A DNA stretch of 64,000 nt. It comes from a bacterium (lineage in GTDB: Bacteria; UBA8248). The position numbers were made by a program, and so were the translations under genes. This document shows positions 19,405-29,165 of this stretch, in pieces. Positions within the stretch are counted from its first letter, which is position 1. Every line of letters starts with the position of its first letter. The notes under the pieces were generated by a model. It worked only from the letters and a program-made list of their open reading frames with translations, searched no databases and was not told the DNA's origin. The stretch covers positions 320,001 through 384,000 of the forward strand of contig OZ253442.1 of the NCBI GenBank assembly GCA_965261085.1, given 5' to 3'.

Positions 19405-19505
19405 AACACACGCTCGATGAACGAGCCGGACAAGGGAAACCACGAGACTTCCTGTGTTATGATGAGTAAACATACACGAGGAAAGTACAAAAGGCCGCTT
19501 CGACG

Positions 19506-20111
19506 ATGAGCGCACCCGCTTCAAACAGATTAACGCTGGCGACCAAAATCACGCTGGTCCGGGTTTTCTTGATCCCCGTTTTCGTGATGTGCCTTGCCTA
19601 CAAGAAACCGGGAATCGCTCTGGCCGTCTTCATCATCGCGGGGGTGGCGGACGGCGTGGACGGCTATATCGCGAGACTGCGCGGCGAAATGACGGAACTG
19701 GGCGCCATGCTCGACCCCATCGCGGACAAGCTGCTCATGTTCACCGCATACATCATGATGGGGGTTACAGGACAAATTCCGATCTGGCTGGCCATCGTCG
19801 TCGTGAGCCGTGATCTGTTGCTTTGCATCGGCTGCATGGCGTTGTTCATGACGGTGGGCTTCAAAACGCCATCGCCCTCGTTTTTGGGAAAAGCTACGAC
19901 GACCGCCCAAATGATCACCGCAGGGGCCGCTCTTCTGGCGGCGGCGCTGGGAGCGGAGACGAACATCGTGCTGTTGTCTACGTTCCTGATCACCTGCGCC
20001 CTGACGCTCGCCTCAGGTGTCCATTATCTTTTTTTCGTGGGCACCCGTATGATTTACCAGAAACCAGACAGCGGCCAGGTGGAGAAATCCACCTCTGCAG
20101 CCCGGGACTGA
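19506..20111 (+). CDS. CDP-alcohol phosphatidyltransferase (PgsA-like)
   Basis: DGVDGYIAR....TELGAMLDPIADK. Confidence 0.92.
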   Translation: MSAPASNRLTLATKITLVRVFLIPVFVMCLAYKKPGIALAVFIIAGVADGVDGYIARLRGEMTELGAMLDPIADKLLMFTAYIMMGVTGQIPIWLAIVVVSRDLLLCIGCMALFMTVGFKTPSPSFLGKATTTAQMITAGAALLAAALGAETNIVLLSTFLITCALTLASGVHYLFFVGTRMIYQKPDSGQVEKSTSAARD

Positions 20112-20127
20112 GGCCAGGTCACCCGAC

Positions 20128-21186
20128 ATGGACAACCCATCCCAAATCCTCACGTGGAAGAGAATCTGGCTGATTCTGATACTCATCGCCATTATCTGGC
20201 TTTTGTTGAGCGCCCGGGCGGCTCTGGTTCCACTGGCGGCTTCCTTCATCCTCGCGTATTTGCTCCAGCCTCTGGTCGACAGGCTGGAGACATGGAAAAT
20301 ACCGCGACCCCTCGCCGTCTTGATCCCCTTGCTGGGCTTGGGCCTGGTTCTGTTCATCTTGTGGGTGAGCATATCGCCCGTGGTGCAGGAGCAGGTGACG
20401 GCCTTCGCCCAAAAACTTCCCGGCTACATCACCGTCATCCAATCATGGCTCATCGCCACGATCGATAGGTTTGACCTTCCCCAGACCGCCGAACTGAAGA
20501 AGTACTTCACCGAAAACCTCTCCCTCCTGGGGCAGTTGCCCATGTCGGCGCTCAAGACGGGCGGCTCGTTTCTGCTGAAAACGACCAGCGGTCTTTTCTC
20601 CATCGCCATCGGCATGATCTACATCATCCTCATTCCAGTCATGACCTTCTACTTCTTAAGAGATTGGAAACAGATATCGGCGGCGTTTTTCGCCTACGTT
20701 CACCGCGATTACCGCAAAGAGGTGGAAAAAAGGGTATTCCGGCTCGACGAGCTCCTCGGCTCGTTCATCAAAGGCCAGTTGCTCATCGCCATCATCCTCT
20801 CCGCTTTGTACGTCCTGGGCTTTTTCATCGTGGACATGCCGCTGTGGCTGGTGCTGGGCATCTTCACGGGAATATCGTGCATGTTTCCCTACGTGGAATG
20901 GATTATCGCCCTGCCGATCGCCTTGCTGCTCTCCGCACTCGCGCATCAGGACTGGCTCCACCCCTTGGTGACGCTGGCCGTGTTCGGGGTCATCTCGCCC
21001 GCCGCGGGTGTTTTCCTCGTGCCTCGCATACTGGGCAACCGCATCGGGCTTCATCCCGTGGTGGTGCTCGCGTCCATCATGATAGGAGGTGAATTGATGG
21101 GGTTCGCGGGAATTCTCCTCGCCGTGCCGCTCGCGGCGGCCATCAAGGTGGGACTCGAGGCCATCAGCGACTACTACCTGACGTAA
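20128..21186 (+). CDS. AI-2E family transporter
   Basis: LAYLLQPLV, FYFLRD, GLHPVVV, GILLAVP; multiple TM segments. Confidence 0.92.
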   Translation: MDNPSQILTWKRIWLILILIAIIWLLLSARAALVPLAASFILAYLLQPLVDRLETWKIPRPLAVLIPLLGLGLVLFILWVSISPVVQEQVTAFAQKLPGYITVIQSWLIATIDRFDLPQTAELKKYFTENLSLLGQLPMSALKTGGSFLLKTTSGLFSIAIGMIYIILIPVMTFYFLRDWKQISAAFFAYVHRDYRKEVEKRVFRLDELLGSFIKGQLLIAIILSALYVLGFFIVDMPLWLVLGIFTGISCMFPYVEWIIALPIALLLSALAHQDWLHPLVTLAVFGVISPAAGVFLVPRILGNRIGLHPVVVLASIMIGGELMGFAGILLAVPLAAAIKVGLEAISDYYLT

Positions 21187-21228
21187 CTTCTCCTAGACGC
21201 TCTTGCCGGACGCCGGAAGCGTTCTCTC

Positions 21229-21891
21229 TCAGCCATCCTCTAGTTGAATTTTCCCTTCAATAAAGGCTCTGGCGCACTCATAGTGCCAGTTGATTCTGGT
21301 CCTCGTATGGAACCGCCGCAGTACGCAGCCGGGCGCTTTCGGCGCGCTTTTCGAGTTGCACCAGAGATACCGAGTCCCTCTGGCGCCATCGGTCAATGCG
21401 CAAAACAGTCCCACATAATCCTTACCGCCGAAGAAAACGATGTCATCCCCGGTTTCTTTCGGCAGTAAATTAAAATCGTCATATTGGTCTTTCTTACGTC
21501 TGCGTTTGTACTTTTCGGCGCCGGGGCTGAAGGTGACGTCATAAACCGGGGTCAGGAAATCAGAGCGGATCAAGCCCCACCCCGCAGAGAGGATATAGAA
21601 ACGCTCCGGCCCGCAATGTTCGGCCAAAAGCCCATAGATCGGGTTTTCGTAGAGCCGCCAAGCGGGAAGAAGTCCGTGCGGGTTGTCACATGGATCGGCA
21701 TTGTATTCAGAAAGCATGGTTCGCCACGGTTTTCCAGTATCGGAAACATCGTCCGGTCGCGCATAAGAGCAATTTGGGTCGTTGGGTGCGATGCCTGGGT
21801 CAGCGACGAACATCACCTTTCGTCCGTCTCGTCCGCGGAGATATCCGGCTTCGGGTCTCTTCCTCGCGGCGCATTGAATGACGAGGATCAT
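21229..21891 (-). CDS. Hypothetical protein, YaaA/DUF6884-like
   Basis: IQCAARK, PAWRLY, YILSAGWGL, YD, GGKDY motif series. Confidence 0.6.
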   Translation of the reverse strand: MILVIQCAARKRPEAGYLRGRDGRKVMFVADPGIAPNDPNCSYARPDDVSDTGKPWRTMLSEYNADPCDNPHGLLPAWRLYENPIYGLLAEHCGPERFYILSAGWGLIRSDFLTPVYDVTFSPGAEKYKRRRKKDQYDDFNLLPKETGDDIVFFGGKDYVGLFCALTDGARGTRYLWCNSKSAPKAPGCVLRRFHTRTRINWHYECARAFIEGKIQLEDG

Positions 21892-22624
21892 GCGGAAATC
21901 TCCATCTCAGCGACCAAGCGCGTAAGAACGCCAAGAAAGGCCGGGTCGTAGTCTTCATTGACGTGATTTGAGTTCCACAAGCCGGAGGCCCGTACTTTTT
22001 CCCTGTTGCAATGATGGCCGAGCCACGAAGAAGAGGGCTGATCGATGGGATGCCTGCCATAATTGCTCAGGAGGGCGATTGCGTTCCTTTCGATGTATCC
22101 GCGCCGGCTGCCACGTCCCGCTTCGTCCTCGACGGCGAGCCAGAGGAAAGGCATCTCACCGATGCGCGTACTGACTATTCTTTCCAATGGTTGTTCGAGT
22201 TTTCTGACCTCACGGGGCGCGGAGTCGTCCTTTCCCCAAGAGGGATAGTTCAGACCGTCTTTTTTTTCAGGGCCGCTCCCACGATGAGTCTGAAGATCGA
22301 GCCCCCATGATTGCCGCCGCCGGTGCTCGCTACTCCTTTATGCTGCCTGAGGCGGTTCCAGAGTTTGGTTTTGGAGCCGGCTTTCAGAGCGTGCGTGCCC
22401 ACCCGCACGATGCGCGGGCCATTCCCGGTGTCGGCGCGAACCTCGCCCGCCTCCATGAAAAAATAGATTCCGCGCGCAGGCCATTTCATATAGCCGGAAC
22501 AATCGGACAATCGGCGCGCTCCGCCGAGACGCACTTCAAGCGATGCGAGAAGAGCATAAAACTGTTTCAAATGGTCGAGGCGTTGCGTGGCGCAGGCAAG
22601 GTCATCGATTGCATTTCTCGACAT
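21888..22624 (-). CDS. GIY-YIG-like hypothetical protein split by a -1 frameshift at an A8 run (22260-22267)
   Basis: RGIYFF...RIVRVGTH...LWNRLRQH. One extra A gives LKKKDGLNYPSWG... in frame with ORF 21888..22187 (IERNAIALLSN). Confidence 0.65.
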
Positions 22625-22691
22625 GAATCATCCTGAAAAAACATTTCGAAACGCCGGAGTTACTCGAAGACGGCGCGCATTTTCACGCCAA

Positions 22692-23216
22692 TCAGGCGGG
22701 TACTTCCACGTCCCGGTCCACCGCACGCGCCATGAGAAAGAGAAGGTCTGAGACGCGGTTGAGGTAAATGAGGAGGTCTGGATTGTCGATGTAGCCCTCA
22801 TCGCGCAGCTTCACCGACCACCTCTCGCCCCGGCGGATGATGGTGAGCGCCATATCCAGGGCGGCGCCGCAGGGGGAATCACCTGAGATCACCCAGTCGG
22901 TGATTTGAATCTCTTTTTCATAGCGCGCCACCTGCGCGTCGGCCCACGCGACCTGCTCTGCGCCCACGCGCTCCTTAAGCCTGCCGATCTTGCCCCTCAG
23001 CGTCGCCAAGTCGCTGCTCACGAGATAGAGATCTTTCTGGATTTTGAGAATTTCGGGCTTCAGCCATTCGGGCGCGGTCGAGCGGGCGAGGCCGAGCGCC
23101 GCCTTCGCCTCATCGAGCGCGCCGTAGGCCTGCACCTGGGGATGATACTTGGGAACCCTGTCCGCGAACCACAAGTCGGTGTTCCCATCGTCTCCTCTTC
23201 TTGTGACGATGGACAT
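22692..23216 (-). CDS. ATP:cob(I)alamin adenosyltransferase, PduO type
   Basis: IVTRRGDDGNT, YGALDE, RRGER, YLNRVSDLLF. Confidence 0.92.
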   Translation of the reverse strand: MSIVTRRGDDGNTDLWFADRVPKYHPQVQAYGALDEAKAALGLARSTAPEWLKPEILKIQKDLYLVSSDLATLRGKIGRLKERVGAEQVAWADAQVARYEKEIQITDWVISGDSPCGAALDMALTIIRRGERWSVKLRDEGYIDNPDLLIYLNRVSDLLFLMARAVDRDVEVPA

Positions 23217-23233
23217 CGAATCACTCCTTCAGG

Positions 23234-24295
23234 CTAGAGTCTCTTGATGACGTCTGTGGCGACGGACTTCGTCGTCCCGGTGCCCCCTAAGTCCGCCGTC
23301 CGGTTTCCCTCGGCCAGATGCGCGCGAACAGCACCGTCGAGCCGTTTGGCGGCGCGCTCCTCGCCCAGATAATCGAGCATCAAGGCGGCGGAGAACAACG
23401 CGGCCACCGGGTTGGCGATTCCCTTGCCCATGATGTCGGGCGCCGAGCCATGCACGGGCTCGAACAGGCCGGGCGCGTCTCCCCTGGGGTTCGTGTTCGC
23501 GCTCGCGGCGACTCCCAGTCCGCCCACGATGGCGGCGCCCAGGTCCGTCAGGATGTCCCCGAACAGGTTCGTTGACACCACGACGTCGAATACCTCGGGC
23601 TTTCTCACGAACTCGAGAGCCGCGGCATCGACGAGATACTTCGCCGTCTTGACTTTCTTGTAGCGGGGCCTTGCGGCGACTTCCTCGAAAATCTCATCCC
23701 ACATCACCAGCGTATGGCCCTGCGCGTTTGATTTCGTGATGTTGGTCACGTGTTTTTTCCGCTTGAGCGCCGCCTCGAACGCCGCCTCGATAATGCGCTC
23801 ACAGCCCGCCCGCGTGAAGAGCGTTATCTGGGCGGCCAGCTCCGATGGGTGTCCCTCGTAATGCCTGCCGCCGATGGGACTGTATTCCCCCTCGGTGTTC
23901 TCGCGGAAGAAGAGCATGTCGATGTCGCCCGGCACGTAACCGCGCAGCGGCGATTCCAGCCCCTCGTATAAAACGATGGGACGCATGTTGACGTACAAAT
24001 CAAAACCCCGGCGTAGGGGCAGGAGGAGTTGATTGAGGGTGATGTGGTCGGGAATGTCGGGCCGGCCCACCGCGCCGAGCAGAATCGCGTCGTGCTTTCT
24101 GACGCGGTTCAGGAAATTCTCCGGGCACATCCTGCCCGTCTCGTGATAAAAATCGCTCCCCCAGGGGTATTTCGTAAAAGAAAATTCGAGTTTGGGCTCG
24201 CTCTTGGCCAGCGCCCGCAAGACGCGCACCGCCTGGCTGACGACCTCGGGCCCGATTCCATCCGCGGGGATTAAGCCAATATTGTGTTTCGCCAT
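23234..24295 (-). CDS. Tartrate/isopropylmalate dehydrogenase family
   Basis: DGIGPEV, RENTEGEY, NLFGDILTD, FEPVHGSAPDI. Confidence 0.9.
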   Translation of the reverse strand: MAKHNIGLIPADGIGPEVVSQAVRVLRALAKSEPKLEFSFTKYPWGSDFYHETGRMCPENFLNRVRKHDAILLGAVGRPDIPDHITLNQLLLPLRRGFDLYVNMRPIVLYEGLESPLRGYVPGDIDMLFFRENTEGEYSPIGGRHYEGHPSELAAQITLFTRAGCERIIEAAFEAALKRKKHVTNITKSNAQGHTLVMWDEIFEEVAARPRYKKVKTAKYLVDAAALEFVRKPEVFDVVVSTNLFGDILTDLGAAIVGGLGVAASANTNPRGDAPGLFEPVHGSAPDIMGKGIANPVAALFSAALMLDYLGEERAAKRLDGAVRAHLAEGNRTADLGGTGTTKSVATDVIKRL

Positions 24296-24358
24296 CGTTT
24301 CTCCCTCATGCTCCCGCGCGCCGCGTGGGGGTCGTACACGCCCGTGCGCCGGGGAAAA

Positions 24359-25942
24359 CTAGAGTCCTTTTTCAATGAGATATTCCACTGGATTGTAATC
24401 GTCCGTCAAAACCGGGCCGTAGGTACGGGGGTCCGGCGGCGCCACACGCGCACGCGCGGCGAACGCGAACCGAGGGTCGCTGCGCATCATCTCGCGCACG
24501 CGGCGGAAGCGACCCGCATCCTCGTCTCGAAAACCGAAGATCAGGATGTTCTGCGCCAAGGCTGGGGTGGCGGGGTCCGTGCTGTAGATGAAAACTTCCG
24601 GAAACACCGACTCCATGGTCCGGTAGACAGATGCGTATATCGCCCCGCCCGCACCCGTGCGGTAGCCGATCAGGTTCAGCATGAATACGCCGCCGGGCGC
24701 CAGGCGCTCGTGCGCTTCTTCGAAAAACTCCTTTGTGACCAGATGCGGCGGTATGTTCCTCAAGCCCCGGTAGGCGTCGCCCACGATGAAATCGTATTTT
24801 TCTTGAGATGACCGCAGAATGCGCCTGCCGTCTCCCACCAGGGTCTTTAACTTCGGGAATTTTTCGAGCCGAAAAAATCTTTTCCCCGCATCGACGACGT
24901 CCGCATCGAGTTCGGCCACGGTGATGGCCATCTCCGGCTTGATGAGATGGAGCGCCTTGGGCATCGTGAAAGCGCCGCCGCCGATGAAAATCGCGCGCTT
25001 CATGTGGGGGGCGAACAGCGGCCCGAGTTCCAGGAAGCGGGTGTATTCATAAAAAAACTTCTTGTCATCGCCTATGACCATCGCCCCTTCGGGCTGATGA
25101 TCCAGGTACAACTCGCGCACCTTTGCGCCGTCCGCCTCGGCCCTCTCGAATACGCGAATCATGTGGTACATGTTCTCGCGCACCCACACCGTATCCTTCC
25201 CCACTCCGGGGATGACACCCAGCCATGCGGCGCCCGTCCCCATTGAGGCCAGGACGAAAACCGCGAGAAACATGCTCGCCCTTGCGTTTCGCTTCGAGAA
25301 AAGAGTGGTGAAATCGCCGCAGAGGTAGAGCCCCAACAGCGCCGCCAGCGCCAGGGCGCCCGCCGTCGTCAGGAAGATGCCGTTCAGTCCGAAGAAAGGA
25401 ATGAAGACGAAACCCGTCGCGAACGTGCCGACGATGCTCCCGACGGTGGACCAGGTGAAGAGGTTTCCGGTCACCGCCCCCAGGCTCCCCTCTCCTCGCG
25501 CCGCGAGTTTCACCGCGAAGGGCGTCAGCGTGGCGAGCACGCAACTCGGAGCGGCGAAGAGCAAAAGACCGGCGAACACAGGCCCCGAGCGGAGGCTGAA
25601 GCTCTCCTCCATCGTCGGTAGCAGAAACCCCCGCAAGGCCGGCACCAGGGCCACGAGGCCCGCGCCGCCCAGCATGAGCATAAAAAACAGCTTGCTCGAT
25701 GGTTTTTGGTCCGCGAGCCTTCCCCCGATGGAATAGCCCAGACTGAGCGCGGCCAGGATGATGCCGATCATCGAAGTCCACGTGTAGAGCGTGTTGCCGA
25801 AATGGGGCGCGAGCACGCGGCCCGCCGCGATTTCCATGACGAGAATCGAGCCGCCCGAGAGAAAAACCGCGAAATACAGATACAAGCCCACCACACTCTT
25901 CTCTTTGGTCTCCGGCGCTCGCCTGGGCTGTTTCGCCACCAT
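24359..25942 (-). CDS. Fused MFS/spermidine synthase-like protein
   Basis: N-terminal TM region (EIAAGRVLAPHFG...W); C-terminal IGGGAF, ELD, DGR, DAY, LTDDYNP. Confidence 0.88.
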   Translation of the reverse strand: MVAKQPRRAPETKEKSVVGLYLYFAVFLSGGSILVMEIAAGRVLAPHFGNTLYTWTSMIGIILAALSLGYSIGGRLADQKPSSKLFFMLMLGGAGLVALVPALRGFLLPTMEESFSLRSGPVFAGLLLFAAPSCVLATLTPFAVKLAARGEGSLGAVTGNLFTWSTVGSIVGTFATGFVFIPFFGLNGIFLTTAGALALAALLGLYLCGDFTTLFSKRNARASMFLAVFVLASMGTGAAWLGVIPGVGKDTVWVRENMYHMIRVFERAEADGAKVRELYLDHQPEGAMVIGDDKKFFYEYTRFLELGPLFAPHMKRAIFIGGGAFTMPKALHLIKPEMAITVAELDADVVDAGKRFFRLEKFPKLKTLVGDGRRILRSSQEKYDFIVGDAYRGLRNIPPHLVTKEFFEEAHERLAPGGVFMLNLIGYRTGAGGAIYASVYRTMESVFPEVFIYSTDPATPALAQNILIFGFRDEDAGRFRRVREMMRSDPRFAFAARARVAPPDPRTYGPVLTDDYNPVEYLIEKGL

Positions 25943-26056
25943 CCGCTCCTCGTAAAAACGAAAACCGCACTCTATGGCACTCAAAGCGCGTAGGCAAGCC
26001 TGGGGTCCGCCTGGATTTTTTCGGGTCGATGCCGCATAAATGAAATTCGCGCGGAA

Positions 26057-26785
26057 ATGCGCTACATGGACTTTTCCTCAAAAGAGAACGACGACTTGGC
26101 TTCCGATAAGGTATATCCATCATCCAAAGCCGCCATCGCCGATATACCCGATGGCGCCACCATTCTGCTGGGCGGGTTCGGCGGCGCTGGCATCCCGGAA
26201 AATCTCCTGCTCGCCATGGCCGATCATCCCGCGCGTGATTTGACCATCGTCACCAACCACGCGGGTTTCGGCGAGCGCGGCCTGGCCGTCCTGCTCAGGC
26301 AGGGGAAGGTGAAGAAGATTATTTGCAGCTACGCCTTCCACAGGAGCGCGTTCGTCTTCCGGGAATTGTTTCTGGAGGGGAAGATCGAACTGGAACAACT
26401 CCCCCAGGGGACCATGGCCGAGAGAATCCGGGCGGCGGGCGCGGGAATTTCCGCTTTCTACACGCCCACCGGCGTCGGCACTCAGGCCGCAGAGGGAAAA
26501 GAGACCCGCACCATTAACGGACGCGAGAGCGTGCTCGAATATCCCCTTCCCGGTGACGTCGCCATCATCAAGGCGTATCGGGCCGACAGTACGGGAAACC
26601 TCACCTACCGGGGCACGGCGGGAAACTTCAACCCCGTCATGGCGACGGCGGCTCCGCTCACCATCGCCGAAGTGGAGGAAATCGTGGCCCCCGGCGTCAT
26701 CGCGCCCGAGAGCGTGCATACGCCGTCAATATACGTGCAAAGAGTCGTGAGAGGAGAAGACCTTGGCCTTCGATCCGAGACTTAG
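26057..26785 (+). CDS. 3-oxoacid CoA-transferase subunit A (PcaI/ScoA-like)
   Basis: GGFGGAGIPE, PQGTMAERIRAAGAGI, NFNPVMA. Confidence 0.9.
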   Translation: MRYMDFSSKENDDLASDKVYPSSKAAIADIPDGATILLGGFGGAGIPENLLLAMADHPARDLTIVTNHAGFGERGLAVLLRQGKVKKIICSYAFHRSAFVFRELFLEGKIELEQLPQGTMAERIRAAGAGISAFYTPTGVGTQAAEGKETRTINGRESVLEYPLPGDVAIIKAYRADSTGNLTYRGTAGNFNPVMATAAPLTIAEVEEIVAPGVIAPESVHTPSIYVQRVVRGEDLGLRSET

Positions 26786-27458
26786 AGGCTGCGCCCTCAA
26801 GCCGGCCGACATCGCGCGGCGCGTGGCCGCGGAACTGCCCGACGGCGCGGTGGTGAACCTGGGCATCGGCGTGCCCACGCTGGTGGGCAATTACGTGGAA
26901 GCTGAGCGCGGCGTGATGTTCATGGCGGAAAACGGCATCATCGGCGCAGGCCCGAGACCGGAGGCCGGCCAGGAGGATAAGGATTACATCAACGCATCCA
27001 GAGAACCCATCACCACGCTTCCGGGCGCCTCGGTGTTCGGACACGCCGACGCCTTCGCCATGATACGCGGCGGCCACATCGATATCGCCGTCATGGGCGC
27101 GCTGCAAGTCTCGGCCCAAGGCGATCTGGCGAACTGGACGGTTCCCGGTCTGGGCAAGGGCGGCATCGGCGGAGCGATGGACCTGGCCGCAGGCGCGCGC
27201 GAGGTCTACGCCGTCATGACCCACACCATGAAAGACGGCGGCCTGAAGCTTTTAGAAGAGTGCGCCTACCCCCTCACCGCGAAAGGCGTCGTCACCAAGC
27301 TGTTCACCGACATCGCCTTCATCGAGTTCACGCCCGAAGGCCCCCTTCTCAGGGAAGTGGCCGAAGGCCTCACGATAGAGGACGTGCAGGAAGTGAGCGA
27401 GCCTAAGCTCATCACGAACGGGCCGCTGGGCGTGCTGACGCGCGAGGAAGCCCCATGA
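26763..27458 (+). CDS. 3-oxoacid CoA-transferase subunit B (PcaJ/ScoB-like)
   Basis: VNLGIGVP, catalytic AENG, MIRGGHID, GDLANW, GGAMDL. Confidence 0.9.
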   Translation: MAFDPRLRGCALKPADIARRVAAELPDGAVVNLGIGVPTLVGNYVEAERGVMFMAENGIIGAGPRPEAGQEDKDYINASREPITTLPGASVFGHADAFAMIRGGHIDIAVMGALQVSAQGDLANWTVPGLGKGGIGGAMDLAAGAREVYAVMTHTMKDGGLKLLEECAYPLTAKGVVTKLFTDIAFIEFTPEGPLLREVAEGLTIEDVQEVSEPKLITNGPLGVLTREEAP

Positions 27459-28675
27459 CGCGCGCAGGCAGTGGACTCTCCGCCAACCCCGACTCCGCCG
27501 CCGCCGCGCGCGAAGCGATTGAAGAGGCCATGGCGGAGGCGAAGCTAGACGCTGCTTCTCTCGTCTTTTTGTTCGCGACGCCCGGACACCTGCAACGATG
27601 GCCCGAGGTGATCGCCGCCGCTGTGGAGGGAACGGGCGGAGCGCGCGTCGTCGGCTGCACAGGCTTCGGCGTCATGACGGCTCAGGGCGAAATCGAGCGA
27701 ACGCCGGGAATCTCGGTTCTGGCGGTCGGCGGCGACGCCCCACCCGCAGCGCCTTTTCTCGTCGAGGGTCTGGGCGACGCGCCCTTGGAGTGCGGGCGCG
27801 CCATCGGCCGGGCGGCGAAAAAAGACTTAGGCGATGCGCTCGTTCATGAGAGTCCGCCCCTGGTCGTCATCATGCCCGACAGCTATCACCTCCGCGCGGA
27901 AGCGCTTTTCCAGGGAATTCACGAGGAACTTGGGAGTGAGGCCATCATCGTGGGAGGCGGCGCCGCAGAGGACGGCTCGACCGGGAGAACCTTTCAGTTC
28001 CTGGACGGACAGGTGCAGACCAACGCCGTCTCGGGCGTGGTATTCGCGGGCGCGCCGAAGCGGTTCATCGGGATATCGCAGGCTTATCTGCCTACCGGCG
28101 AGCCGAAACTCATTACGCGGGCGGAGGAGAACATCATCTGGGAAATCTCCGGGGAGCGCGCGTTCGACGCCTTCGCCGAGGCGGCGGGTCCGGAATGGAT
28201 GGAGAACATCCAGCACGCCGCCATGAACCTGTTCATCGGTATTCCGGGAGATCCGGACAAGGTCGTTCTCGATCACGGCGAGTACATCGTGCGGCCCATC
28301 GTGGGGGCGGACGAGGAGCGAGGCATCATCGCCCTGCCGACGCCGGTGAAAACCGGCCAGGCCATCACCTTCGCCAAACGGGACGGCCCTCGCGCGAGAG
28401 AGGACCTCCGCACGATGCTGGAAAAAGGGGCGCGGCGCTTCTCCACTCCCCAGGGAGAAAACGCGCGCGCGTTCGGCCTTTATTTCAATTGCGCGGGCCG
28501 GGGCAGTTCCCTCTACGGGGAGACGGATGTGGACGCAGGCGCGATTCGGGAGAAGATGCGCGGGTTGCCCGTCGCGGGTTTCTTCACGGGTTCCGAGATT
28601 GCGCCCATCGGAGAAATCGACCACCTCCACCAGTATTCCGGCGTCCTGGTGCTGCTGGGAGAGGACGCGGCTTAA
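27455..28675 (+). CDS. FIST N/C domain protein
   Basis: VVGCTG.G, GGGA, YFNCAGRG, GFFTGSEI. Confidence 0.88.
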   Translation: MTRAGSGLSANPDSAAAAREAIEEAMAEAKLDAASLVFLFATPGHLQRWPEVIAAAVEGTGGARVVGCTGFGVMTAQGEIERTPGISVLAVGGDAPPAAPFLVEGLGDAPLECGRAIGRAAKKDLGDALVHESPPLVVIMPDSYHLRAEALFQGIHEELGSEAIIVGGGAAEDGSTGRTFQFLDGQVQTNAVSGVVFAGAPKRFIGISQAYLPTGEPKLITRAEENIIWEISGERAFDAFAEAAGPEWMENIQHAAMNLFIGIPGDPDKVVLDHGEYIVRPIVGADEERGIIALPTPVKTGQAITFAKRDGPRAREDLRTMLEKGARRFSTPQGENARAFGLYFNCAGRGSSLYGETDVDAGAIREKMRGLPVAGFFTGSEIAPIGEIDHLHQYSGVLVLLGEDAA

Positions 28676-28713
28676 AGAAAAACATTTCCTCATCATTCAC
28701 GGGAGCGGGTCTT

Positions 28714-29142
28714 ATGGGATACAGCACGGGAAACATCATCGTCACCACCCTGCATGTTCTGAGCGCCATTCTGGCGGTCGGCGGCGTGGCCTTTCTTCGT
28801 TTCGTGGTCATCCCGACGGCGGCGTCATTGCCCGAATCCGAGCGTGGGCCCTTCATGGGGAAAATCCAGAAAAGATTCGTGCCGATCCTGCACGGCTCGT
28901 TCTTGATCCTGATATTGACGGGGCTTCACCACCTCACCCGCCTCGTGCGGAGCGGACTCGCCATTCCGGGATCGCTGGTCGTGAAAATCATCCTGGCGCT
29001 CGTCATCATCTTCGTGGGCGTCGCGCTCACCATCCCCAGAGGCTTCGAGGGCATGAAGGCGCAGCGCAAGACGTGGCTCCTGTTAAACCTCATCCTCGCC
29101 CTCATCGTCGTCTACCTGGGCATCTCGGTCACCCACGGATAG
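28714..29142 (+). CDS. Four-TM membrane protein (CopD-like/hypothetical)
   Basis: LHVLSAILAVGG..F, LILTG, four hydrophobic helices. Confidence 0.7.
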   Translation: MGYSTGNIIVTTLHVLSAILAVGGVAFLRFVVIPTAASLPESERGPFMGKIQKRFVPILHGSFLILILTGLHHLTRLVRSGLAIPGSLVVKIILALVIIFVGVALTIPRGFEGMKAQRKTWLLLNLILALIVVYLGISVTHG

Positions 29143-29165
29143 GGAATCAAAGGAGAGCGCAGGCG

